Shown piece after piece: positions 11,418 to 23,513 of a stretch of DNA of 64,000 nt. The translations under genes and the position numbers were made by a program. Source of the stretch: Macrostomum lignano (lineage: Eukaryota); the NCBI GenBank assembly GCA_002269645.1, contig NIVC01003343.1, positions 1 to 64,000 of the forward strand, read 5' to 3'. Below the pieces are notes generated by a model, which did no database searches, had not been told where the DNA came from, and was given only the letters and a program-made list of their open reading frames with translations. Positions within the stretch are counted from its first letter, which is position 1. Each line of letters opens with the position of its first letter.

Positions 11418-12892
11418 TCAAAGCACCGTGCAAGTTTTCAAATAATTCGCGGTGGAAGGCGGTCGCTGATCCTCCAGCACGTCCATCTCGCGCATCAGCC
11501 GCCATTCCTCCTGCACATCGTCGCTGTGAAACTTCAGCTTGGACTCCTCCATCAGCTGCTGGATGGAGCCGTTCCGTCCACCGAGCTCTTCTGGCAGCAA
11601 AGCCTCGGCTTCTTCTTCACCAATCAATCGGCGCAGTTTATCGAGATCTTTGCCAACCCGATGCAGCCGGTCTTTCAGCTTCTGCTTGAGCAGCGGGGCG
11701 CTTTTGATGAACGCGTAGATAACGTCAAAGTACAGCGGCTCGTTCAAGTAGATGACGGACTTCACCCTGACGGGAAACGCATCCTGCCAGTTTCTTATCA
11801 AGCTGAACAAAGTTTTCCTGTTCTCAAACAGTTTCAGTTGCTTTTTACTAATCTGGTTCATGTCCACTATGACCGTGACTCCGCTCGTCTGGCTGTGCGG
11901 GTCCACCAGCGCTACGTCAGCTGTCATGTAGAGTGTGGTGACCAGCTGGTCGAATGGCATCAGGTCCGGGTCCCAATACTGCAGAGCCGACAGGTAGACA
12001 GCCTCGCCACTGGCTTTATAGCCCAGGTGCAAATGAACGAACGGCTGTTCAAGGTAGCGAAGCACTCGCTCGTCATCCAATGCCGGATAGTCGAACCAGT
12101 GAGGCGAGCCGCGACTGGACTTGCGGATTGTCACATAGTTGTCCAGCATCATCTGCGCCCGCTCCAGGTCCATCTTTGCCACGCGAAGGAAGCGTAGAAG
12201 GAAGTCGTCGTCTTGAGAGAAAATTGAGGAATATCAGTCAATCAGAGAAACTTCGTATTTACTAAGAACTGGAGCCAAAGCTACTGCAATGAGGTGCCAA
12301 AGCTACTGCAATGAGGTGCCAAAGCTACTGCAATGGGGTGCCAAAGCTACTGCAATGAGGTGCCAAAGCTACTGCAATGAGGTGCCAAAGCTACTGCAAT
12401 GAGGTGCCAAAGCTACTGCAATGAGGTGCCAAAGCTACTGCAATGAGGTGCCAAAGCTACTGCAATGAGGTGCCAAAGCTACTGCAATGAGGTGCCAAAG
12501 CTACTGCAATGAGGTGCCAAAGCTACTGCAATGAGGTGCCAAAGCTACTGCAATGAGGTGCCAAAGCTACTGCAATGAGGTGCCAAAGCTACTGCAATGA
12601 GGTGCCAAAGCTACTGCAATGAGGTGCCAAAGCTACTGCAATGAGGCGCCAAACGCTAAACGATGAAATGACAATGGGGCGCCAAAGCGAACCGAATCCA
12701 ATTATTAAAGTACGATAACTAGAAGATCATCTCACCATCGCGGCAGATGAGATGCGGCATGCTATCCAGCCACATTCGCAGACTGGCAATACTCTCCCTG
12801 TAGCGCTGGACATCATCCTGATGATGATCTTCGCGGGCAGCAGAGGACGCGCCGTCAGCGTGTAGCTCCGACGTCGGACACCTCTCCGCCAT
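11418..12892 (-). CDS. CRAL-TRIO lipid-transfer protein (alpha-TTP/clavesin-like); exons 12892-12736 and 12211-11418
   Basis: Exon 1 MAERC...MWLDSMPHLICRD joins in phase to DDDFLLRFLRVAKMDLERA; later GVTVIVDMNQIS, WQDAFPVRVKSVIYLNEP and LPEELGG are typical CRAL-TRIO motifs. Confidence 0.9.
12272..12660. repeat. 22-bp minisatellite in the CRAL-TRIO intron, about 17 copies
   Basis: Unit GCCAAAGCTACTGCAATGAGGT, nearly homogeneous. Confidence 0.97.
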
Positions 12893-14322
12893 TAAAAAGT
12901 CGATCTCGAGTTCAATAAAGTTTTCAGAAATTTTTTTCCAACCTTAATTCGTAACCTTACTTATCACAGGTTTTGAAATATTTATCACACGACTAGACTT
13001 TGATTCAACTTGTTTTTAACTCAACTTAATCACCATTTTTGTCAGACAGCTTGTTCTGTTTTAAATAAGCCAACTGCTTTTCTAGTTTCCAGTTTGTTAG
13101 ATAAACGAAGACAGTCTTGACTGCCCCTAAATGTAGGTTTTCTTGTGCGTGCTACAGTCCCAGACCTGTGTGAGGTATGAAAAGTTCTACACTCAGCGTG
13201 TACAGCTGTGCAGAGCGAGACCCGTGTGCAGTGAGTGTGCATTGAACGGCTGTAAGGACAAGCAACCAACCCTAGCTGTGTAGATTGTGCAAAACCCCTC
13301 TCGCTCGTATTAACAGTGCAACTCGTGCACCACGCTTTACTGGCATGCGTGCGTCCTCTTATTGAACTTTAATGTTAACAAAACTCGTTCTGCATTTAGT
13401 GCATTCTAGCTTGATTTCTGACTTTAGTTGCTGACTGACTTCGTCTGCTTCTATAGTCAATCTCTTACATGTCTACTATCAGTGACTCATTTATTGGCGT
13501 GTGTCACTAATGGAAACGTTTCGGATAGCTCCATAAACTTTAAATAAACTTATAGACAAAAAGGCGACGCTCAGAAGTACAACGTGTACGCGAAAAAAAA
13601 CTTTGTGTCAAACCTGATCAATCTGTAGAAATTGGTTTATAGGCAGCCAAACTTGCAAATACTTGTAGACGATATTTGTACTCGTAGTTGCGGTAGAGAC
13701 AACAGTTCTTTAATACATCGATATTACTGTTCGTACATTCGTACAGCTAACTTCAAAATTTGAGTGCCTCACTTCTGAAGCCTCCGGACTCCGGACTGTC
13801 GAGATATTCGACGATTCTGCCAGAAGGTCGGATTTTTCCCGTAAGCGCCAATGTATTCAGTACACGCCTGTGCGTCAATCAGCACTGCGCCTCAGTGCAG
13901 CCTTGCCAAGCCTCCAAATTTCATCAGCACGTCGATCACATGTGTCTTCATCAGCTCTGACTTCGTTGGTCACTGGCCTTCACCCAGGCGGAGCTTCTGG
14001 ACCTTCAACAGGTGGCACCAGGTGACTATGGACAACCTGATGCCACTTTCTCTAGTTTTGCTGGTCAAGCCTCGACAGTGGGCAAACCTCAACTCCCGGA
14101 CATCCTCAGCTAGTCTCTCAAGCATTCAGTCATATTCAGCCGTATTCAGTCAAAGAATACTACAATAATTTCATTCAAAAGTTTATTAATTTTAGGTTTT
14201 CGTTAATCATAATCCAAATGAAAGCACAAAAATAGAGCTCAGTAATTGATACCTAAAACTACATGCGAGCTAAAGAGAAAGAGAGCTTAAGCAACAGATA
14301 GCAGATCCAGATTCTACAAGAT

Positions 14323-15353
<1,031 letters not shown>

Positions 15354-15666
15354 TATTAGATAGTACAGAGCAAAATCCGTAGTATTCTAAAATACATTGA
15401 ATTAATTATTAAGCGAAATCAATAGAAAGCATTAAACTGGAACAATGAGCCGTGGTACTGATAGTAGTAAAATTATCAAATCATATTAACATATACTAAA
15501 TGATATTTTAATACCTAGTGTCAAGTAAGAAATGAACCTTAAATGACAGTTAATTATTTATCCTTCATTTTAACCCTTGCTACTATACTACACTATTTCC
15601 TCTTAAAAGTAAATTTTATAGAAATTTCGAAAGAATCAACAAGAAAGCAAAAACATTTTTATTCTT

Positions 15667-18600
15667 TCAAAACTTTAGTAGCAAATTCTGCAGCTCTTCG
15701 GTGCTCTTCTTCAAGTTTTCAATCTTCTCCTCAACTTCAGCCTTCAACTGCTTCTTGGTCTCCTCGTCAATATCATCGTCATCGACGCAGTCCCAGATGT
15801 CCTCAGCCATCTGGTTCAGCATGAACGTGATTATGGCTTTGGGAATGCTATTGGCCAGTCTGTTCTCCACGAACCTGATGTAACTGCGGCACTCTCTGCG
15901 CAGAGTTTTCTGCAGAAAATCCGCAGGATCATCGGTAATTGCTTTTAACAACTGCTTGCCCTTATCAAACGCAGGCTTCACAAAAGGCTTCATAGCTGGA
16001 GAAGCGAAAAACTCGGCACCTTCCCGGACTACTGACTCCACGAGTCCCGTCTCTTCTTGTTCTTCCTGTTCCCCTCCTTGAGCTCTGCGGTTAATAATTG
16101 TAACAAAACGTTACGGATTAAAGTAAAAGAAGATGATTAATAATAATGTTATTCAAATATGCAGGAGGGTTGTGATACCCCGAGGTAAACGCTTGTGGCG
16201 ACATCGGCCACAACCAACGCCTGAGGCAATTCTGCCCATTCCGTTGACCCCTGAGCACAGACAAGCGGGTCAATAGGGCACGCAGGCATGCCCTCATACA
16301 CACGCTCACACAGGGTGCTACAGGGTGCCCCCTTGACTGTCAGGTGGTATGTACACTCTCCGTGTAGAGTGTTCTACTTCCCACAAAAAAATCATAAAAA
16401 TTGTTAAATGTTGTCTATTCATAGAATGCTACTATAAGTAGACTAATGCAAACATGCGCAGCAAAACTTAAACCGTGAGTCAAGTTGCTATTTTAACGGA
16501 AACTATGAAAAATGTTACTATGTATAACGAACAATGAATCACCTTACCATTTATAACGCAAAAAATAATCATGTCGTCGAGGTATTTCCTTCAGACCAAG
16601 TCAACCGAGACTCGGCTGAGTTCTTGCGGTAAGCCTAACTCATTTGCGCCAGGTCTTAGAGTCGACTCGATATTATTGTTGTGCTTGAATCTATTTGAGA
16701 CTCCATTAGTTGTAGCTTCCAGAAGGACTACCCTGATGGCCATTAGAAGACTATCAGTGATTACCGGAGCTATACCTAGAGTGCATTGAGTCACTGCTAC
16801 AAGGAGAAGGCTTATTTGAAACCGCAGCGCGGCGCAGGGATCCCCATTGTTGATTCAAAGCTTCTGATTGGTCCGAACTACAGATACCGGCCGGAAACGA
16901 CTTCGTTGAAAGTAAAAAGGAACTTGGACCAGAACAACTAAATCAAGACGTCTAAATTGATTGAGATCGAGAACGCACCGAAAGAGCTCTACTGATCAAG
17001 ACTCAAGGTAATAGATACCTTCATTTGATTTCTGGGTTGCCTAGCAGTAGCTAGAAGTGATTGTTCCTTGATTACTAAGAAAGTCTTGGTAGTAAGGAAC
17101 ACATCATCCGTGCCTTAGTCCCCTGATTGTTGTGAATCCTACGACAACCCACAGGCCAATACACACAAGACTCAAATGAAAAACCGATCCAGATGCTTTT
17201 ACCACTGATCTGCTCTGCCCCTCCATATGTAAAACCTCTTATATATCCACGTAGCTATAAGCTAGAGACTTACCCTTCCTGCTGTTTTTGAGCTTCGTCT
17301 CTGGGGCTCTTGTACTCGTAAACGATCGTCTCCATGCTGACAATCATTTCAATCTTTTTAGACACGTCTCGCCTAAGATTGGGAAGATACTCCCTGACCT
17401 TGTCGTTAACAAAATTTTCTAACGGTTCGCGATTCTTCAGCTGCTCTTTGACGATGTCTTGAATATGGCTCTGGATGACGCATTCAATCTCTCCGATCAG
17501 TTGATCAATTATTGGTTTAACAGCATCAATGATGTGCTTCTTGACGATTCGAATTTTAACTGGAAAATAGTTTGGAAGTTTAGTGGTTTCCCGGCCGAGT
17601 TGGTCTTCGCATTCATCCTTGACGATTTTCTTCACTGAAATTTAATAAGTATGGGGACGGATGTTTGCTTATTACAAATAGTATTAAGAATAGAAAGATT
17701 ATTAGAGAGGTTTCAGCAGAATGTCTGGCAACATTAGTTAAGTTAGCTTTGTGCATTCACTTCAACAAACTTCAACAAAATTTTTGTTCACGAGCCTCAA
17801 TTTTAGTGGCCACGACGAACACAATTGAAGCAGGGCTTCTGTAAAATTATGGTTTCGCTATGGCTGCCATGAGGAAACTGCAATGAGCTTGATTAAAAGC
17901 TCCATCCATACAGCGATATGATCATTGTTCAACTCAATAACTTACGGTCATTTATGACGCTTTCAGCAACTTTATTGATCTTCTCGCCAAAGTTTTGCCA
18001 CTGCCTTCGGCATGCAGAGTAGAGCTCATTCTTCTCAGAGCGATGAGACCCAGTCAGCTGCTCTTCAATCTCCTTGTTCACGTTGCGAATGAAGCGCTTG
18101 AACTCGCGCCCTGCATACTCTTGTTCGGCTGTCAGCTTTTTCAACTCGGTGTCTTCAGCTGTCCACAGTTTCTGAAAAGTAATACAAGTGTCTTACCCAG
18201 TCACTAATTTTACACTTTGGGATCGGCTCTCTATCTTTTGAAACTTCACAATTGCATCATCTCTTCTCTCATCTCTTATCTCCTCCTTTTTCTTCCATTC
18301 CCTCTTCTTTCGTCTCTCACCTGGTCATCCATGAACTATATTCTTTATCTGGCCCTTGAGGTAAAAAAGTTTTCCAATCTCTGTTTTGTTCGGTAACAGA
18401 AAAAGCCTCACCAAAACTCTCGAATGAATTTCTTCTTTTCGTGGCTCCAAAATTCGGAACATATGCTCAGCCAGATAACTTATGAGGGCATCGACACCGA
18501 GGTTGAACTGCGGTTGGCTTCTCCAGAACAGCTGCTCATTGAAGAACTTCTTCTCCTTCTCTGAAGAATATGCGCTGTTCTCAGAGTAGCAGTTAACGGC

Positions 18601-20536
18601 GAAAGCGTGTCTCTCGTTGAGCATATCGGTCACCATCTTCTGCTTGTTGTCTGTTAGATTGTCGCAGTGAGTCAGCACGAAAACGGTCCGCTTAAACTCG
18701 GGGTCCAGCCGGCTTGCAAAGCCAAAACCACGAGAAGCCTCGATGTCGTTGATGGCCTTCAGAACGACAACCATCACCACGTTCGGGTTGTCCAACTTCT
18801 CTCTCAGGGCCGTCATGTTTTCATCATTTTCGTTCATGTCACTGTGATGCAGTTATATTTCAGGGAAGCTCAAATTGAAGATATTAGGCGAATTCATCAA
18901 TAGGTACTACAATCTAACGAAAATCGTAGTAATATCAGGAATTCCTAACTATAGCAACTACGGTCTAATTGGTAAATAAAAAGAGGACGTCGCCTTAAGG
19001 ATTTAAATAAAACCCGAAGTAAAACTGCGGGCCAACCTGACCGCCATTGATATTTTACTTGTTACCCCAATCAACTAGAATCGTCGAGACATCACGTTCA
19101 GGTAAAACCAAAAGTTTGTGTAGAATCCTAGGATCATTTTAAATCGGACGGAATAGCAATGATTACTTTACATTTTCCTGTTTCATGTTCATGTCCTTTG
19201 TAGTTATCAGAAAATAGTCAGAGAAATCCCATCGCTGTCTAATCTCAAATGATTTGAACTTTGACCATTGTTGGTTTGTATGCGTCCAGTTACTTCTTTC
19301 TGTGTCTACGTGTATATGCCTTCCATGTAACAACTAAGTGATACGAGCTAACCGACGTTCAGCCGTCTTTGTACACAGTTTCTCCGGTTGGGTCGGAAAC
19401 TTAGGAATGTTGCTCAAGATTTCAATGCCTAACCTGACGATTCCCTTTACCAATACAACTTTTGCTGCTGTGAATCTCAAGCCAACAGAATTCATGGGCC
19501 CTAATCAAAGATTAGCAGACTTTTGAATTACTTCGGGCGACTCCGAATTTCTATCACAGATCGGGGCGCTTAATATTACTAACTATTGAGTCAATTCTAC
19601 TTGACTCTGCTTCAACCCAATGGGCTGATGACCGTTCACAAAGACATGCGGATTATAATTCAACCACTAAGTTTTCTTAGCTGTCTATTTTGTCTCTATC
19701 AGCAGCAGACGCTTTCATCGCTACATTCTACTGTTAATCAAAAAGGTCAATACCTCTTGAATCCAGGAGCGTCCATCACGGTCAGGTTCGGACGGGCTGG
19801 CCCACTGATCTTGATGTCGATGACCGCTCTCATTGACACCTGCTGGTCAGGAAAGTGTTCGTCCATGATCTTCTTCAAAGTTGTCGAAAAGTCCGCTTGG
19901 TCGTGCACGTCAGTTGAAGTGCCATCGAATCTGGATTAGTGCGGCACGAGAATGCTTCATTTTCTGTGAATTCTTGGCAGAAATTGAAATTGTCGAATGC
20001 TTTAATTTTTTGAAAATTAATAATACATGTACACGTAATAGTCCCTGGCATTCAAAAGTCTACCAACCCTATTTTGGAGCATTTTTCGGCTCAGCAAAGA
20101 AGCAAGAAATACAAATTTTAATCTCTTACTCAATTGTGGCTTGCACCTCAGGCTTTTTTCGAATACGCAGCCTAACCAGACATTTCGTACAAGTCCGATC
20201 ACCCTTTGGAAGCTTCACTCCCGCAATTGCCTCGAGTACGGTCGACTTTCCCTCGGATTGGTCGCCGAGCACGACAATCTCCGGCAGGTCGATCTCGCTG
20301 CCCAGCTTCAGCTTGTCGATGGCATCTAGCAGCAGGACGTACCGTTCGTCGACGCTTTTGAAACTGAATTTGTGCAAATTCTGGGGTGGATCTGAGCCTC
20401 TAAGGCTACCGCGAGTTGGCGGTGTCTGCTGTTGCTGCTCCTGTTGCTGCTGCTGCTGTCCCTGGCTCTGAGAAGACCTGCGTCGCAGAAGCAGATCATC
20501 CACATCGAGCAAACCTGAATTTCCTACAGAATTCAT
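15667..20536 (-). CDS. Mx-like dynamin-superfamily GTPase 1, 672 aa; exons 20536-20130, 19930-19754, 18841-18412, 18171-17946, 17634-17274, 16084-15667
   Basis: All six exons have GT-AG borders, compatible phases and sum to 2019 nt. G1 LPEIVVLGDQSEGKSTVLE, G2 TCTKC, G3 DAPG, G4-position THCD, and a GED-like YIRFVENRLANSIPKAIITFML. No PH domain or PRD is visible. Confidence 0.9.
16130..16325 (-). mobile_element. 5'-truncated copy of a second SINE-like repeat (Mx-like gene 1 intron 5)
   Basis: Shares CTGCCCATTCC...CCCCTGAGCA...CAAGCG...ACGCAGGCA...CACACAGG with 21830-21920; (ATT)-rich tail. Confidence 0.45.
16572..17146. mobile_element. Possible old solo LTR in Mx-like gene 1 intron 5
   Basis: Terminal TGTCGT...ACGACA inverted ends; flanks AATCA/ACCCA are not a clean TSD. 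Confidence 0.3.
18205..18385. mobile_element. Decayed relative of the 14323-15353 MITE, without the microsatellite (Mx-like gene 1 intron 3)
   Basis: Shares TTTGAAACTTCACAAT, CTCTTATCTCCTC and TCTGGCCCTT(G/A)A(G/A)GTAA blocks in the same order. Confidence 0.5.
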
Positions 20537-21001
20537 TCTGACAACAGCTGAAAATTGCAATGTCTGCCGGAAAATTACATTCCAGCTCTTTTTTATCTAC
20601 TATTATTTTGATGCAGTAGTTTTCGGTTTCAACTAGGCTTTAGATAAACTCGGGTTTAAATAAGCGAACGTCTGCAGTAATGTCTGCCCGAGGCTATAAA
20701 TAAGTACTTACTCATGACAGCATGGAAAACTCAATGGTAATCTGACCCTAAAATAAAACGGTACTTACTTGTCTACTCAGTATTTTCTTTACTTGCCGCG
20801 CAGATGTGCAGACTTATAGCATTTGCAATAGACTTTTCTCTAACTGTGTGCTTTCAGCTCATCATTAATACAATCATTGTCTCTGGATCTACGAAACTGC
20901 GTGTCTACGTAAGAGACACGTACGTAGAAACAGTCTGCGCCCGCATCTAGTGTAATTGTGAACTTTGTGCACACACAAAAAATGACTCATAGACAAATCT
21001 A

Positions 21002-21196
21002 CAGGGACTACTAAATACTAAAGTCGGATAAAAACTGAGTACGGGACGTTAAAGAAAGATAAATTTTGCGTCAAAGGATAAAAAATCGATCTTCTTAGAG
21101 CGAAAACTAACCCAGCGAAGAACTTTGAAAATCCGACTCATAAACTTTTTGCATGATTCGGCCGTAACCCGTCCCGATTATTTATAGTAGTCCCTG
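21002..21196. mobile_element. hAT-like MITE (CAGGGACTACT family)
   Basis: TIRs CAGGGACTACTA ... TAGTAGTCCCTG, same termini as 53339-53519; no intact TSD. Confidence 0.65.
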
Positions 21197-21749
21197 CACA
21201 TTCAGTAGCCTTTTTTCTCTATCTTTTCTTGACAAATTAAGCAAGCAAGCATCCAAGCAAATTGCAAGAGTCTGACTTTAACTTCATCTAGCTTAATCAA
21301 TAAATAAGATTCCTTTGTCGGCAGAAAATAAGTTTCCTCGACTGTCAACAAAAAGTCTGTTTAAAATTTGTGATACTGAGACGGAATGTATCTCGTGTTG
21401 CCAGACTTCGCCTAGAATTCTACGAACCATAGGTCAGATTTTTTCTGTATTGCTACCAGCTGCTTTTCTGGACTGCACTATACATTATCATGCAATCAAT
21501 AGGCCAACTCAAATGACCCGCTAAGGAGGGATATGCGAGGACTGAAAGAATTCGTAGTATATTCGGTAACAAACCCCCGAGCAAGGTTGCGTTGAAACGT
21601 CAAGTCGAACGCGTCAATTGTGAGCAGCCGGGCGTTTAGTCGTTTGGAATTCTACGCGACTAAATTTCTTAAATACTTTGGCAAGCAGTGCTTTTAGCAA
21701 ACATTTTGGCGCCCCAGAATACGCTATATCTTGGCACCCTGAAGCAAAA

Positions 21750-22095
21750 TTGTTGCATCATACGTGTGATTGTGCGTGTGCAGCCTGGCGCACTTTAAGC
21801 CACATTGTCACACAACCGGCAAGAGGCATTACTGCCCATTCCACCGACTCCCCTGAGCAGGCACACAAGCGCGCGGATACGTACGCAGGCACACACTCAC
21901 ACAGGAGTGTACAGCAGCTATAACTTTATTTATCGTTAGGCATGTACACTTCACTGTGCCTTAGGGGTTGGCCTTTATTGCACGAGCAGAGACAAGCCGA
22001 GATTCAAATTTAGCCCCAAATTAATGTAGTCACTTGGAATCGAGCCTGGGCCGCTGGCACATCAGAGCGCTAGACCACTGGGCTCATGGTCTCCA
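21750..22095 (-). mobile_element. Second tRNA-headed SINE-like family
   Basis: Minus strand begins with A-box-like AGTGGTCTAGCG and B-box-like GGCTCGATTCC; the 3' part is similar to 16130-16325. Confidence 0.45.
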
Positions 22096-22139
22096 GAACT
22101 GCTGATGGTAATGATCCATCCATCCATGGTTTGTTGAAA

Positions 22140-22412
22140 CCTGCGCTAATGGCCAGATGTACAACCGACAGCTCAGCCGCAGCTATTGCGCGGCGCATCT
22201 GAAGGCTGCGTACGGCTGTTCAGTCCAAGGACTGGGGGGGGGGTCGCTGCACACCCTCAATTACCCCAGCTAATGCTGGCACCCATTTTGCAGCTGGTTC
22301 AACTGAAGCAATGCAGTGTTGTGTCTTGCTCAAGGAAAAATTAGTTCAAGATGGTCGAGAATCGAACCCCGACCTTTCGGTGGTCCGCTCTGAACACTGG
22401 ACTACAACCCCC
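22140..22412 (-). mobile_element. tRNA-derived CORE-like SINE, copy 2
   Basis: Reverse complement of copy 1, including CCCTCAATTACCCCAGCTAATGCTGGCACCCATTTTGCAGCTGG. Confidence 0.85.
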
Positions 22413-22716
22413 TATGCTTATTTCACAATAGTGTAGCCAATGCATTCATGAACGCCGTCAGTGGGCCATTGCAGATGCTTGTAGTCATCCAATCAAGTGT
22501 GGACCCGTCGCGTTTTTTGGTTTTGAAAAGATTTTTCCGGATCCTTTCTGCAACGCAATTTTGGTTGGTTAACCCCGCAGCCAATCCATCCGCTTTTTCA
22601 TGAAAGAATTTTCAAAAGTCAATAAATAATGAAGATTGCTTCTGGGCCCTAGGTTTCCACAGCTACAGCTAGCTAGAGCGCGAGACAGAAGCCATTGCCC
22701 AAATCCAACCTCCAGA

Positions 22717-23513
22717 ATGTATTGCCAAACAGCTGCGCACTTTCTAGCCCTTCTGCTGCTACTGACTGCCAGTTCACCAGCGGCTTCAGACTTCACCTTC
22801 GAAATCGTGAGTTCCGTAAGCTCATCGATGCCTGCCAGCATGAAGTCTGTGACTGGCAGCAGCACCGTGGACTGCTCGGTGAAGTGTGCTCAAACAGCCG
22901 GCTGCATCGGTTTCTCCTGGCTGCAGAGTCTGTGCCAGCTGTTCGACTTGAGCGCCTTCTCTGGCACCTGGCTGAGCTCGCCACCCTGTGAGGTCTTCAA
23001 GAAGATAGAAGAGCCGGCAGCTGCTACCAGTAAGGAACAAAACGTCACATACGCGTACTGTTTTATTTTAGTCTGATAAACCTTGAAGCTCATTCAAAAC
23101 TCTGGCTACTCGTTCCCGCAGGTTCTCCGCCCACGAACATAACAAAGTTGAACATTTCCAGCTGCCAGCACAGCAATACCTACCTGAGCTACCACTGCAC
23201 AATCTCTATGGATGGCAACAGGGATCAGACCGTCTACAGCGCCACTGTCCAAGGCATCGGCGAATGGTGGGAGGCTCGGCTGGCCGCTCCAGCTTTCATG
23301 GCCTACCTCACCATCTACAACCGGCTCTCTAGTGCTAATTGGCTCAACAAGTTTAACCTGCTGGTTGATGGCGTCCTGTGCAACCGAGTGGACCTGACAG
23401 AGTCGTTCTCCATCGCCAACTTCACCTGCAACGCTTTCGGCAGCACTGTTCGAGTTGTCAATCAGCTTAGCAATCATCTCGTTATCTGCGAAGTTGAGAT
23501 CTACGGTTACTGA
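22717..23513 (+). CDS. Secreted PAN/apple + F-type lectin-fold (galactose-binding-like) protein; exons 22717-23029 and 23122-23513
   Basis: Signal peptide (HFLALLLLLTASSPA); PAN pattern DCSVKCAQTAGCIGFSWLQSLCQLF; phase-1 GT-AG join; second domain DGN...WWEARL...LTIYNR...LVICEVEIYG matches the FTLD/F5-8C fold. Confidence 0.75.

Noticed and set aside
11526-12265. Plus-strand ORFs overlapping CRAL-TRIO (likewise those antisense to the Mx-like, LBR and kinase exons)
   Set aside because: Antisense shadows of GC-rich real exons, with no recognisable motifs.
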